A stretch of 64,000 nt of DNA. Origin: Eledone cirrhosa (lineage: Eukaryota). Shown piece by piece: positions 1 through 52,317 of this stretch. The stretch's first letter is position 1; every line of letters starts with the position of its first letter. The notes under the pieces were generated by a model, which was given only the letters and a program-made list of their open reading frames with translations, ran no database searches and was not told where the DNA came from. The stretch is taken from the NCBI GenBank assembly GCA_964016885.1, contig OZ024749.1, positions 42,408,001 to 42,472,000 on the forward strand, read 5' to 3'. The position numbers were made by a program, and so were the translations under genes.

Positions 1-974
1 CTGATTTCATCCCTTGTTTTGTGAATCTCTTACCCAAGTTTGCCCTGTTCGAGTTGACGTACATACATATATCATATACCTTATTTTTCGGCCACTGTGG
101 TAGCTGGTAAGAATTACTATCGATAAAATAAGTACCAGTTATGTCATGAGATCCAGCGAATCTGTTTTGTGTGTCTGTGTAAAAGTGAGATTTTGATAGC
201 TATTAGGTAAAGTCGTGTTTTAAGACCGTTAAAAATAATGAATTGTTTCCCCTGTTGAACTCAATTATTCCCTATCAGTTTTACATGTGTATTCCTCATT
301 TCACTGTTTTATGGGTGTGCTGTAGCGACCTGACCTGTCTACTGGGTAAGGAGACCACACACTGGACTGTAAATGACCAGGTAGACCACACACTGAACTA
401 CAAATGGACAACTCGTCTAATCCATGCTAGTGTGGAAAAATGGACATTAAACGGTTATGATGATGATAATGATGATTATATATATATCGGGTTATTGGTT
501 ATCACGGAGACACTGGCTATTTATGAAGGTACCTGGAAAAATCCTGTATCTTGGGAACCCGTGCTCGATGTACACGAAACTTATTTATTCCATTTGTATT
601 CCCATTTCAAGGGCAACTTCGTTTCAAAGTATTTTCCCATTATGCGCCGTTTTGGCTGTATTAAATTACAGACAAGCACACAATCACAGAGTTTTAGTAG
701 TATATAGATAGATAGATAGATAGATAGATAGATGCATTCAAAATAAACAAACACCACACTACCACCTCCATCACCCACTACACTACTACCACCATCACCA
801 CCACACTCCCACCACCCACCACACCACATATTTTAAACTCCTGTCAAATAATTCAACAAAAGCACACCACAAAATAAAGAAAAATCTCCTCCATACCGCA
901 GGGGTTTAAAAGGTGATGGAGATCTTTGACGTTCTTTACAGAAGAAAACATTTGTTGTTTCAAAGTAAAAAATA

Positions 975-1880
975 TTATAGTGGGATATATAGAGAGAAAG
1001 AGAATTTTGTGGTCTAATGAGAGAGGGGAATTGTGAGAGAGAGTGAGGTATATAGTGGGATATAGAGAGTGGGGAAAGAATTTATTGGTTTAGTGAGAGG
1101 GTATTGTGAGAGAGAGAGAGAGTGAGGTATGTAGTGGAATATAGAGAGGGGGTAGAATTTGTTGGTCTAATGAGAGAGGGGGAATTGTGAAAGAGTGAGG
1201 CATGCAGTGAAACATAGAGAGCGGGAGAGAATTTGTTGATTTAGTGAGAGAGGGAGAATTAAGGGAGTGAAAGAGAATTAGTTTTGTAGTGGAATATAGA
1301 GAGGGGGGAGATAATTTGGTTGTCTAGTGAGAGAGGGAGCATTGTAAGAGAGTGCGAGGAATGTAGTGGGAGACAGTTTATTGGCATAGTGAGAGAAAGG
1401 TATTGTGAGAGTGAAGAGAGTGAGGGATATAGTGGAATATAAAGAGGGGGAGTGAATTCGGTGGTCTAGTGAGAGAGAAGCAATTGTGAGCGAGATTGAG
1501 GTATGTAGTGGGATATAGGGAGCGGGAGAGTATTTGTTGGTTTAGTGAGAGAGAGGGAATTAAGAGAGTGAGTTATGTAGTGGAATAGAGAAAGGTGGGA
1601 GAGAATTTGGTGGTCTAGTGAGAGAGAGTGAAGTATGTAGTGGGATATAGAGAGGGGTGAGAGTTTATTAGCCTAGTGAGAGAGGTGAGAGTTTATCAGC
1701 CTAGTGAGAGAGGGGGAGTTAAGTGAGTGAAAGAGAATGAGGTTTGTAGTAGAATATAAAGAGGGGGAGAGAATTTGTTGGTCTAGTGAGAGAGTATGAG
1801 GTATTTAGTGCGTTATGGAGAGGAGGAGAGAGTTTATTGGTCTAGTGAGAGAGGGGGTATTGTGAGAGTGAGGTATATAG
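975..1880. repeat. Degenerate purine-rich minisatellite (unit about 60-70 bp)
   Basis: Recurrent gtagtgggatatagagaggggg...ttggtctagtgagagag. Confidence 0.85.
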
Positions 1881-1891
1881 TTTTTCACCTT

Positions 1892-1964
<73 letters not shown>

Positions 1965-1967
1965 CAT

Positions 1968-2245
1968 GTGGAGGCACGTGGCCTAGTTGTAAGGGTGTTG
2001 GGCTTACGATCATAATGTCGTGGGTTCGATTCCTGGGTTGCGTTTTGTGTTCTTGAGCAAAACACTTCATTTCATGTTGGTCCAGTATACTCAGCTGAAA
2101 ATGAGTACCAGTAATAGCTGGTGGTTTAACTCTGCGATGGACTGGCATCCTGTCCAGGGGGGAGTGTTGTACTCTCAGTCGCTTCACTCCATGAAACCGG
2201 GATAAGCACCGGCCAAATTAGCCTTCTGGCTTAAGACAGACTTTA
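1968..2245 (+). mobile_element. tRNA-derived SINE, second family
   Basis: tggcctagttg A-box, ggttcgattcc B-box, body gcgatggactggcatcctgtccagggg; related minus-strand copy at about 15255-15460. Confidence 0.8.
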
Positions 2246-2254
2246 GATATATAT

Positions 2255-2425
2255 CGTATTTCCCGGCGTCGAAGACGCTACTTTTTCCCTAAAATAAGTC
2301 TAAAAAAATCTACCATGCGTCCTGGAGGCCGAATGTTGTTTATTATATTTTTTTTCAAATTTTTGGTTATCAAAATTAGGGTGGATCCTCGAAGACGAAG
2401 CGTCTTCGGCGCCGGGAAATACAGT
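2255..2425. mobile_element. pogo/Tc1-mariner-type MITE
   Basis: TIRs cgtatttcccggcgtcgaagacgc / gcgtcttcggcgccgggaaatac; copies at 12121-12289 and 58808-58968. Confidence 0.8.
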
Positions 2426-2664
2426 ACATACAATGCACACATACACATATATACATAAATGACACACACACACACGCACACATATATATACATAAATGAC
2501 ACACATACACAAGGTCTTGTGGGAGCGGTAAATTTTACTATCAGACGTAAATGGGAAGAATCGTCACATACCACCATAACGGCGTTCTCATGACTCCAAC
2601 AGCAGTTAAAAGATCAAGGAAGGAATTATACATTACTCCTCATCTGTTTAAAGAACGGATTAAT

Positions 2665-2711
<47 letters not shown>

Positions 2712-2734
2712 TTTCTTGCAACAAGGGTGCAGTA

Positions 2735-2923
2735 ATGTTTCTACTTTTGGCACAGGGCCAGCAATTACCACAGTGCATTACTGGTACTTTATTTCATCGA
2801 TCCCCAGAAGGATGAAAGGCAAAGTTAACCTCGGCGGGATTTGAACTCAGACTGTAAAGGGACATAACTCCTATGCTGCAAAGCATGGTGTCTGACGCTC
2901 TACCGATACTGCCAAACCACCGC
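2735..2923 (-). mobile_element. tRNA-derived SINE (major family)
   Basis: A/B-box-like head (gagttcaaatccc), body gcctttcatcc...tcgataaaataaagtaccag, tail ggccttgtgccaaaagtagaaaca. Confidence 0.85.
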
Positions 2924-2948
2924 AAAAAGATAGATAGTTAGATAGATA

Positions 2949-3799
2949 TGTTTCTTTATTAGCCACATGGGCACAAAAGAAGGGGACAAATACAAAGGAG
3001 GAAGTTTACATACAATAAAAACGTGTAAAATGTTATCACAAATGCAATTTAAAAAATTAGTCGATTTTCCCCAATAGGGGGAGACAGTTTATATGGGTAA
3101 CACATACCCCCGAAAAAATGTGAAACCCTCATCTCCAGCAGTACGAAGAGTTTGTACTCCTTTCCTTTCCTCCTCCTTTTCCTCAACCTACAGGCTGATA
3201 TAGAGAGAAGGCCCATTCACTCGGGCCATTCTCGCCACTTTCACCCACCTTTCATAAAACTTGCTGGGGTACAGCACCTCTCTCTCCATCCTGATTCTTC
3301 TTCCAAAGTGGTATTTGAAAAAAAGAATCAGTTGTTGGCCGGAGAGAAAGGTGTCTGACCTCAGCCCTTTCAACCTTGTCCACCATACAACCTCTTTCGC
3401 CATAGTTATCACACAAAGGAAAACCGCCTCTCCTTCGTTTTTGAAGGAGGGTGGCGGTTTGATCATGACAATGAACTCGGTGGTCAACCGGATTGGTCCC
3501 ACCCGCGACAATAGTCGTTCTACATAGCCCCACAGGTCAGTGACGCCCGGGCAGTGTATGAATACGTGCGCGACGGTTTCTTCGTTACGCACGCACCTCG
3601 GACAGATCTTTTTTGCAGGGTCCCTGCCCGGGCGCCCATGTCTGTAGAGCTTGTCTCGAACTGGTAGAGCTCCTCGGTAGCACTGCCAGGCCAGGGACTT
3701 TTGGAAGTTGTCCATCGGTCCCGGGCAGAAGGTCCTACCGAACAGACTGGCCAGTTCATCTTCCTCTACACCTAGAGTTTCATCGAGATAGTTTCACCG
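2949..3799 (-). mobile_element. 5'-truncated Tx1/L1-like non-LTR retrotransposon (zf-RVT-like C-terminus plus 3' UTR) in a (GATA)n tract
   Basis: ORF 3188..3715 has WQCYRGALPVRDKL...CPRC...EETVAHVFIHC, the CCHC end of L1/Tx1 ORF2. A 17-bp direct repeat agatagttagatagata lies at 2932-2948 and 3800-3816. Confidence 0.88.
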
Positions 3800-4211
3800 A
3801 GATAGTTAGATAGATAGATAGATAGATAGACAGATAGAGAGATAGACAGATAGAGAGATAGATAGATAGAGAGGTAAAACAACAACAACAACAACAACGA
3901 GAACAATAAAAAGGCAAGGAAAACAAAATACTGTGTTGATTGGAATGTTGTCCAGATTTTATTTGTTTATTTAAAAAAAAACAACAAAAAGTAAAACAAC
4001 AGCAAAAAAAAAAAAATAATAACCGGAAAAATTTAATGAGTTGGGGAGAGAGAGAAACAAAAATAAAAGAAATGTCACGGAAGAGAAAATGTCCAAAAAA
4101 GGTCAGAAATACTGGAGACATATTAGTTGGTGTTTTTGTTGTAGATGTGTTTGGTTCGTGTATTTTTACAGTCTTTTTGTTCTTGTATAGTTCAACCCTT
4201 ATATATATATA

Positions 4212-4527
4212 TACAGGATGTCCCCACCAAAATATACACACGCTTTAGTTTCAATGCTGTTCAAGTATACATTTTTTGGGACACCCTGTACACACACACA
4301 CATATATATATACGATATACACATACAGGGTGTCTCTCCCAAAATGTATACATGCTTTGATTTCAATGCCGTTCAAGTGTGTATACATTTTTTGAGACAC
4401 CCTATATATACAGGGTGTCCCCCCAAAACGTATACACGCTTTGATTTCAATGGTATTGAAGTGTGTATAAAATTGTATACATACTTTGATTTATATGCCA
4501 TTGAAGTGTGTATACATTTTTTGGGAC

Positions 4528-4575
<48 letters not shown>

Positions 4576-4609
4576 GTCCCAAAGCATGTATCTATTTTGG
4601 GGGAGACAC

Positions 4610-4647
<38 letters not shown>

Positions 4648-4725
4648 GTCTCTCCCCCAAAATAGATACATGCTTTGGTTTCAATGGCGTTGAAGTATGT
4701 ATACATTCTTTGGGGACATCATGTA
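4212..4725. mobile_element. Tandem cluster of short CAGGGTGTCC-type MITEs
   Basis: Repeated tacagggtgtcc...gggacaccctgta units separated by (TA)n; copies at 6535-6700 and 50285-50378. Confidence 0.72.
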
Positions 4726-4937
4726 TATATATGAGATGGTGAATAGGAGTGTGTATATTACTCGTTCTTGACCAAATGTAAGAAAGCTCGATGCATTAAT
4801 TGCTTATGGACAAAAATACAGAGCATAATAATTTTAAATTCAAGTGAAAAATAACATCTTTGGTTTTCACTTGAATATATATATACATAGTAATAATAAT
4901 TACAAAGACCAAAATCCGAAGTGGGCTTGATAAAAAT

Positions 4938-4977
<40 letters not shown>

Positions 4978-5085
4978 TATATATAAACCCGTAGAGCAAA
5001 TAATAATTATTAATACAGATTAATAATAATTAATATATATATACATATATATTCGTTTCTTATATATATATATATATATTCGTTT

Positions 5086-5131
<46 letters not shown>

Positions 5132-5135
<4 letters not shown>

Positions 5136-5324
5136 GGGGTGATGAAAAGTTCCTGGCGTAAGGGTGTCGTGAAAGCATAGAATTGTTACCTTTATTTACA
5201 GGGGAGGTAGGACTGCAGTAATAAGTGTGGATCTGAAAGGGGAATATGTTGAATAAAATCATAATTAACTGATTCTCCTGTATTTTCTTTTACCCAAAGC
5301 CAGGAATTTTTCAGCACCCTTGTA
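5132..5324. mobile_element. mariner-like MITE
   Basis: TIRs ggggtgatgaaaagttcctggc / gccaggaatttttcagcaccct flanked by TA; related tacgaggg...aagttcataggctgac ends at 14465, 19767, 45603 and 45873. Confidence 0.68.
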
Positions 5325-5736
5325 TATATTTATATATATATATATATATAGAGTGTAACGTGCAGTTACTGTAGGTCACTCGGTCTAGATCGATACAGAT
5401 CGAACCTTGAGCTGAGCAATAGCAAAACGCGCGTCACTACTCATTAAACGTCATGAAGACATAACAAATTGTCCTTTTATTATTATATATATATACATAT
5501 ATAATACGTGTTCAATGTCAGACTTTCCCAATCCCCAATGGATAAAAAAATCCAAACAAAATATATTTTGTCTATAAACAAGAGGAAGAAGGGGCGGCGA
5601 GGGGGAAACAACCCAGCCGCACCCACCCCACTCCGAGTTTCAACCAGTCGAATAATGACTGTATAATCATTTAATTAAGATTTACTTCTTTATTGAATCT
5701 TAATTATTAAATAATTAATCAATTAATTAATTGAAA

Positions 5737-43465
<37,729 letters not shown>

Positions 43466-43686
43466 TATGGGCCCTGTAAAGAGAATGAAAGAGATATAAA
43501 CAAGAACAACAACAACAAAAGCAACAACAACAAAGATTTGGTACGCAACACAATAGGGGAGAGCAGAAGAGAGGGAGGAAATGACAGTGGGTATTTGGTT
43601 CTTTTGTGTTGGAACCTGGTGTATATGTAAATATTTCACGGACACCACACACTCACGCATCTCACTATAGCCTGCTATTAAAGTTG

Positions 43687-43739
<53 letters not shown>

Positions 43740-43760
43740 TTGGAGCTCTGAAATAGCAAT

Positions 43761-44032
43761 ATATATATGGATGTATATATAATGTATTTTGCAATACACT
43801 TTATGCTTAAATAAAAGCATTTTGAAGACCGTAAGCTATTGTTTTTTAGAGTAGTGACAAATTCACTTACTTTGATCTCAGCAAACAGGGGAGAGATAAG
43901 ATGGCTTATCTCCCCTGTTTGCTGAGATCAAAGTAAGTGAATTTGTCACTACTCTAAAAAACAATAGCTTACGGTCTTCAAAATGCTTTTATTTAAGCAT
44001 AAAGTGTATTGCAAAATACATTATATATACAT

Positions 44033-44040
<8 letters not shown>
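43761..44040. repeat. Near-perfect inverted repeat with arms of about 135 bp, in (TA)n
   Basis: Left arm atatatggatgtatatataatgtattttgc... is the reverse complement of the right arm; centre gataag-atgg-cttatc. Confidence 0.9.
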
Positions 44041-44067
<27 letters not shown>

Positions 44068-44074
<7 letters not shown>

Positions 44075-44177
44075 AATGGCTTCTACAGTTCTACAGGACT
44101 AGAACTATTTCATTCGGGAGAAATCATCAGGAAGCCCGATTTCTCCCGAATGAAACAGTTCTAGTCCTATAGAAGCC

Positions 44178-44185
<8 letters not shown>
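44068..44185. mobile_element. Fold-back element family B (tail-less)
   Basis: caggactagaactatttcattcgggagaaatc ... gatttctcccgaatgaaacagttctagtcct. Confidence 0.75.
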
Positions 44186-44270
<85 letters not shown>

Positions 44271-44573
44271 GGTTTGTCATTAAACCTGTAACAGGAGAGA
44301 CTTCTGGTGTTCTTGGTTTCTAGACCACATCCTTACTTATTGCTATCAGGGCCAAGCTGGCCACCCCTGTAGAAATTTGCTCAGTGAGTTGGAATCGCTT
44401 TTCCTATATGTGTTCATAAATATATACTAGCTGTGCTGACACCCATGAGAATTCCTCGGAACAATTAGAGATAACCACCAAGAATTAAAGACCAATATGA
44501 TAATTTAAATGTATTATTTATATGTTACACACTCACACGCACACAGACTCACACTCACACACACGCACACACA

Positions 44574-44701
<128 letters not shown>

Positions 44702-44787
44702 CTCTCACACACAAACACAAATATATATATATAAACACAGAAATAATATAATAATATAATTGATCACAATTAACACTTAACCGTATG

Positions 44788-44857
<70 letters not shown>

Positions 44858-45384
44858 TATGGGTATGTATGTATATATATTTGTATATATGTATGCATGG
44901 AAATATATATATATCTGTGTGTGTGTGTGTGTATGTGTGTGTATGCATGTATATATACGTACATATATATAACTACATGGAACACCAGCATCAAAAGAAC
45001 ACTGGTTATTTGTTATAAATCGTGTCCTTACAATAATCACTTACCTACTGCTAAGAGGGCTGTTTGACTTTGACATTAATGTTTCCAATACTGACGAAGG
45101 CACGCATTTAATAATATAGTATTTAGTTAAATAAAGCACCACAAACCTAGAGTATCTATTTCAAACAACATTTCAAAAAACATATCATCTCTTTCCCAAC
45201 CAACACTTGGTTAAATATTATTCAATAGAATTGAATAATAATGAACAAAAAAAAAAAAAAAATGAAAGAGAACTAAAGAACTACGGTGTATGAGTTGTTC
45301 TCAAAATATTATGTTTCAATTTGTTTGAATTTATAATTGATGTTTATAAACATACACACACACATATTCTCTTTACACACACTC

Positions 45385-45497
<113 letters not shown>

Positions 45498-46079
45498 GCC
45501 TCTCTCTTTTTCTCTCTGTCTCTTTCTGTCTCTCTTCCAAACATACGCACACACACACACACACAGACACACACACACACAATTAAAGTTTAGAGGAATA
45601 CATACAAGAGGGGAAGCTGTAAAGTTCATAGGCTGACTATGGAGGGGGTGATGCTAGGGCTGTGAAATCTTGTAAGACCATTATTCAATTTAGTACTCTT
45701 TGATTTAAGGGATGTAATGTGTAGATATTATAAGACATTGAGGTGCTACCGTCAATCTTAAATAGTTTCAATGGTGTACACACACACAAACACACACACA
45801 CACACATACACACACACGCATACACAACCACACACAGACACACACACACACAATTAAAGTTTAGAGGAATACATACGAGAGCGTTAGTTGTAAAGTTCAT
45901 AGGCTGACTATGGAGGGGTGATGCTAGTGCTGTGATATCCTGTATACGCTAATTTCAACTTTTCTTATTAATAACATCATAGCTTCTTTCAAGGGACTAT
46001 GTTGAAAAATATGCCTGAATTGCTCATTCCTTGAGAGTATCTTGGTCATCCTATGAGCTGTTCACCCGACCCTCGTAGT

Positions 46080-46161
<82 letters not shown>

Positions 46162-46752
46162 ACACACCCACACCCACACCCACACCCACACCCACACACA
46201 CACACACACACACACATACAGATAAAGCAGACTAAATACAGATATACACTCGCCTATCTATCTATTTCTTTTCCCTTGTCTCATTCTATCTTCCGATGAA
46301 GGAATAACCTCCAAGATGTTAAGATTTTTTTCGAATTATATCATCGTTATATTTACTAGCAGAAAAAACACCCATCGGGTGGTTTTCTGCTAGCATGTGT
46401 AGTGTGTATATTGATATTATACACAAATATATATGCATGTAGATATGATACATCAAATAAAATCGTAATTGACAATATACACAGAAATTGAACGAAGTCT
46501 ATGTTACACTGTCTTCTGTAATCAGTAAAGTAAACCATGATATATTTAAAAAAAAAACAATATTAAACTGCATTAGGAGAAAATTAGCGACGGAAATATA
46601 TGCGATATTTTTATAAGTGTTACTATATAACTGCCGCTAACCGGAAGTGTTGACATTTGAAAATTTTAAAGAAGTGAATCTTTAAATAAGCTATAAAATA
46701 TATTTAATCAACAGCCACGAAATTTAGCACATAAATTATGTAATATTCATTC

Positions 46753-46932
46753 ATTGGCAGTATCGGTAGAGAGTCGGACGCCATGCTTTCCAGCATAGTT
46801 ACGTCCCTTTACGATCTGAGTTCAAATCCCGCCGAGGTTAACTTTGCCTTTCATCCTTACGGGGTCGATAAAATAAAGTACCAGTAATGCACTGGGCAAT
46901 TGCTGGCCTTGTGCCTAAAGTAGAAACAATTA
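46753..46932 (+). mobile_element. tRNA-derived SINE (major family)
   Basis: Full-length copy. Confidence 0.88.
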
Positions 46933-47269
46933 TTTATTCAAAGTAATCCAACTTATTTTACAAACGGGGCAAAAGAATATATTCTGGACGCAGTCCCGCA
47001 TTCCTTTCTTTATTATAGTTAAGATATGTATGCATATACATATACACATATATGATATGCGCCTAAACTTTCCTCTAACTTCTCTTTTTGTTCATTTCTA
47101 TGCTCTCACTGTTTTAATTTCCAAAGAAAGACGTAGTCCGAAACGTCAACAATGCCTCTTTAATTGAGACTAGTAAGACCATTATTTAATTTAGTACGCC
47201 TTGATGTGGTGTGAAGATATTATTATAAGACATAGAGGTGCTACTGTCAAACTTAAACAGTTTCAATGG

Positions 47270-47349
<80 letters not shown>

Positions 47350-47410
47350 TGTGTATGTATAAATATTGTTTATTTGTTTATGCAACCAAATTTAATTTAG
47401 TTTAATTTTC

Positions 47411-47451
<41 letters not shown>

Positions 47452-47514
47452 GAAGCCATTTTTATATTATATATATATCATGGCCTCAGCTAAATGGCTG
47501 GAACAGGTAAAAGA

Positions 47515-47580
<66 letters not shown>

Positions 47581-47916
47581 AGTATTCACCTGTGTTTTGA
47601 CCATGAGATAATTGCTGGCCTTGTGCCAAAAGTAGAAACAATTATTTCAATTACATGCTGTGCTTTATTGTAACTGTCAATCAGATTGTGAAGCTTTCTT
47701 AGAACTAAACTTTCCATAACTTCCTCTTCTTTTACAAGTTAGATTAACCTTAACATGCAGACGACCAGTCTACATGTCTACATATCAGACATGGCGGCAG
47801 TTTCTATTGTTTTCATCTTGCTTTTAACTGACATTAAATTCAACGCTCTCTTAAATCGACAGCCATTTTTAATGAAGATTTTCTGTGTCCCCTATCGTAC
47901 ACATATACACACACGC

Positions 47917-47960
<44 letters not shown>

Positions 47961-49487
47961 TGTGCGCTTGTTTTCTAGTTCGTATGTGTTTTTGTATGTT
48001 TTAAGTTCGTGTGTTTTCAAGTTCGTATATAGGAACATGTGTGTGTCTGTGTGTGTCTGTTTGTGTTTTTCGAGTTCGTATGTGAGTGCGTGTGTTGTGT
48101 GTCGAAAGAATGAGGAAGTGAAAGGGTTTATTCAATCTATAGACATTTAGTTTATTATGTACTCAATTATATATCTTTTATGTGGTTTTGTTAGCGACAA
48201 AATGAAAATAAAAATCGGTTACATGCACGATATTACAGGTATGACCGTGTGGTTAAAGCTTAAAGAAGAAATAAGTATTACACAACTAATGCCACCAAAA
48301 TCAACTTTACCTGACTTACATTCGGGGTCCCTAAAGTAAAGTACCAATCAGGTATTGGGGCTGATCTAATTACCCCTAGTCCATTCACAAATTTGCTGGC
48401 CTTGTGCCTAAAGAAGAAATAAATATTACACAACCAATCCCACCAAAACCAACTTTACCTAACATACACCCGGAGTCCCTAAAATAAAGTACAAATCAAG
48501 TACTGGGGCTGATTTAATCCTTCTTAGCTCTTTCCCAAATTTGCTGATCTTTTGCCTAAAGAAGAATTCAATATTGCACAACGATAGTGTTAGAGCTGGT
48601 GCCGGAGTTCCAACCTGTAATAGAGGTGTTCCAAGCATAGTTGATATCAGTCTCCAGGTATCCAGGGGATACATTGGATTTTAAGACAAACATCTTCACT
48701 GTTTCTCTCTCAGCCAGTATATTGACAAATATTTTATTTATCTATTATAATCTATCAGGCTCGCTTTTCTACCACCCCTGCCTCTGTTTGTGTGTATTTA
48801 TCTATATTTCTTCCTATATATTTATTCTTAGATCTATAGTGTCAGCCCCCCCCCCCCCCCGTTCCCATTTTAGTTTCTTTAAGATTGGTTTCTTTCAAAT
48901 TAACGCGCGATTTTCTACGTAATAAACCTTGAGCAATGAAATTGTTTTATTTTGTTTAAGATGTATATTTTTTTTCACCTGAAGTGAGACATTTCAAATT
49001 TGCTTGTGACATTTTAATAAAAAGTTGAAATACAGTATACTAGCAATGGCTCAGATAAGTTAAGAGAGTTTAGCTGACATATTGAAAATATGTCACATCG
49101 TTGCAAAAGAAAAAAAGAAATTCTTTCAAACACATTCATTGTTCTTTTGAACTGGTAGTATATAAACTTTAGCAGTGACGTAGGGGGCCTGTAAATAAAT
49201 ACAATCAACTTAAGGGCCCCCGGACTGTTTATTTCATTTCCTTCATGCATTTTTTATTCTGTGTGTTTCGTTTCAATGGAAATAGTTTGGACGTGAGAAA
49301 ATAAAAATGAGCTTAGTCAACCCATAACCCCATGACTCCCATCTCCTCGTGTAAATGTCATCACGCCATTTTATTTTCTTTCTTTAGTCGATCTAAGTGT
49401 CGTGGTGGATTGGAGAAATTGTTAGAGTCGGATGGGATGACATGCGGTATCTGATCCACCTCTGCACCGTCTGAGTCCAAATCCGCG

Positions 49488-49912
49488 CTCCTTCTGCCAG
49501 GAGTTATGGCCGGCAGATATAGCCTCAGCAATAAAAAGTCTAATAGAAACATTGTTTCCTTGAACCGATCTGACAATAAGCTCCTTTCTTCTACCAGGAG
49601 TTGTGACCGGCAGATAGGATCAGCAATGGAAAGTCTAATGGAAACATTGGTCTGATCTGAGGATCAGCTCCTTTCTTCTACCAGGAGTTGTGACCGGCAG
49701 ATAGGATCAGCAATGAAAAGAGTAATGGAAACATTATTTTCTGGGTCCAATCTGAAGATCAGCTCTTTTCTTCTAACAGCATATAGTATCAGCAATGGAA
49801 AGTCTAATGGAAACATTGGTCTGATCTGAGGATCAGCTCCTTTCTTCTACCAGAAATGGAAAGAGCAATGGAAACATTGTTTCCTAGGTCCTATCTGACG
49901 ATTGACTCCTTT
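49488..49912. repeat. Degenerate tandem repeat, unit about 70-90 bp
   Basis: ctcctttcttctaccaggagttgtgaccggcagataggatcagcaatggaaagtctaatggaaacatt recurs. Confidence 0.85.
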
Positions 49913-50375
49913 CATTCTTCTGAGGTTTGACAAAATAAAATACCAGTCTAGTACTGAGGTCGGTTTGATCGACTAAGCTTTCCTCCATACCCAATTGCTG
50001 GCTTTGAGCCTTGTTGGTATGGGTGATCGGGGATTCTATCAACCCCCCCCCCTAATGCAATCAGTCTCAGAAACTATTATACATCTGAATTAACAAATAA
50101 TAAAACTAATCACAATAATAGAGCTAATAATAACAGGACTGACATTGATTTCATAACATTAATTATAACTTCTATACCATAAAGAGGAACAACAATAACA
50201 AAAATAAAAAAAATAATCACAAAACAATCATAATTATACACATATATATATATATATATAATACACACATATGCATATATATATACAAGGTGTCCCCAGA
50301 AAATGTATATACATCATCCTAATAAGTATTCCCTGTTCAGGTAATCAAAGTGTGTATGAATTTTCTGGGACATCC

Positions 50376-50476
<101 letters not shown>

Positions 50477-50477
50477 C

Positions 50478-50508
<31 letters not shown>

Positions 50509-50547
50509 CACATATATACATATATATATGTATATATATATATATAC

Positions 50548-50596
<49 letters not shown>

Positions 50597-50661
50597 AATA
50601 TATATATACATATATATATGTATATATAAATATATATATACATATATATATGTATATATAA

Positions 50662-50705
<44 letters not shown>

Positions 50706-50906
50706 AAAAAGAGATGAAATCGAGAATGCAAGTCTTATTTTTTAAAAAAATATATATATTCTGGCTCGTTAATTTATTAACCTGCCATTGAACCACATTG
50801 GCATATGGTTGGACAATACATGTGTTCCTAGACGCTTTTTGCGTGTAGGGATATATACTTTGTAATGCTCTGGGTAATTTCTGGCCTTGTGCCAAACGTA
50901 GAAACA

Positions 50907-50945
<39 letters not shown>

Positions 50946-51306
50946 CTCCTCTTGGTCGAGATAAAATTTGGTCATTCTGACTGCTGCTATTTATAGTGGT
51001 AGTAGATTGACCTCCCTGCCTCTGCCTCCTATCTTTACACACGGCACTGGACAGAATTGCTTCCACATCATTCATTCTCATCTCGGGAACCATTTTGAAT
51101 AGCGCCAGTTCGTAATTTGAACTCGGGAATTTTATATTCTCCGAGTGAAAAGATCCTTCTGACGAGAGTTTATCTTTGCAATGGATGCCGCAAGGACTGT
51201 CCATTTATTTTTGAGACTCGAAACCGATTCGGTAAAGGTAACCATAGTGATTACAGTGAATTTTTTGAAATTTATTTTGAAACTTTTTCTTATTTGCTAA
51301 ACCTTG

Positions 51307-51385
<79 letters not shown>

Positions 51386-51951
51386 GCTTATACATACATA
51401 TAAACATTTGTATCAAGTTTAATATAGAAATGGCTTTTACAGGACTAGAACTGTCCATTTCTATATTAAATTTGATGTTTACACTTTACTGATATAATGA
51501 GTACCTTACAACACACCCTCATCTCCTCTCTCACCCTCTTATTTCCTTTCTCTCCCTCTCTCTGTATTGCATGTGCCGTGTGTATGTTGTATATATACAC
51601 TATGTATTATGAATGTGATATGTATTATGTATTGTTTTAAGCCCTCAACATAATTAGCCGGGCATGTTGGCTAGAAAGAAGCCCCCCCCCCACTCACTCT
51701 CCCCATCCCCTTCTCTGGTTTGTGGCTGTTTAATTAGTAAATGATAAATATCCGACTTTCAATAGATTCGTGATGGCCATTATTTCAGTCCTATTCTTAT
51801 TTTTGTTTTCCAAATCACAACTATATATATACCATATATACAACACTATAACATTAATAGAGATTAGCTAGACGCCATTTTAAGATCTAAAACTTTCTTG
51901 TAACAGATAGCGTTGATTAAGTCACCCAGCTCCACGACAAAGATTTTCACC

Positions 51952-51990
<39 letters not shown>

Positions 51991-52003
51991 CTATATATAT
52001 ATA

Positions 52004-52065
<62 letters not shown>

Positions 52066-52069
<4 letters not shown>

Positions 52070-52256
52070 AACAAGTAAGACCCCGACGGCTGAGCTCAAG
52101 CCGTTTCGACGGCTAATTCTGTACTCAATTACCCGTCGAAACGGCTTGAGCTCAGCCGTCGGGGTCTTACTTGTTCCTATTACCCACTCTACTACCCTAA
52201 GTATTGAATACTTTGGTGCGTTATGGTCCACCTGGTTCCTTACCACATTTCCTTCG

Positions 52257-52260
<4 letters not shown>
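52066..52260. mobile_element. Fold-back element family A
   Basis: Inverted arms of about 53 bp plus an approximately 80-nt tail ending ccttcgtta(ta)n. Confidence 0.85.

Positions 52261-52317
<57 letters not shown>

Noticed and set aside
243-707. 154-aa ORF
   Set aside because: It starts at TTG, runs through a repeat-like 3' end with a (GAT)n tail, and shows no recognisable domain.
1968-2040. tRNA gene
   Set aside because: It has A/B boxes only, no convincing cloverleaf, and continues into a SINE body.
47755-48150. ORF with a signal-peptide-like MAAVSIVFILLL
   Set aside because: It runs into (TA)n with no convincing donor or downstream exons.
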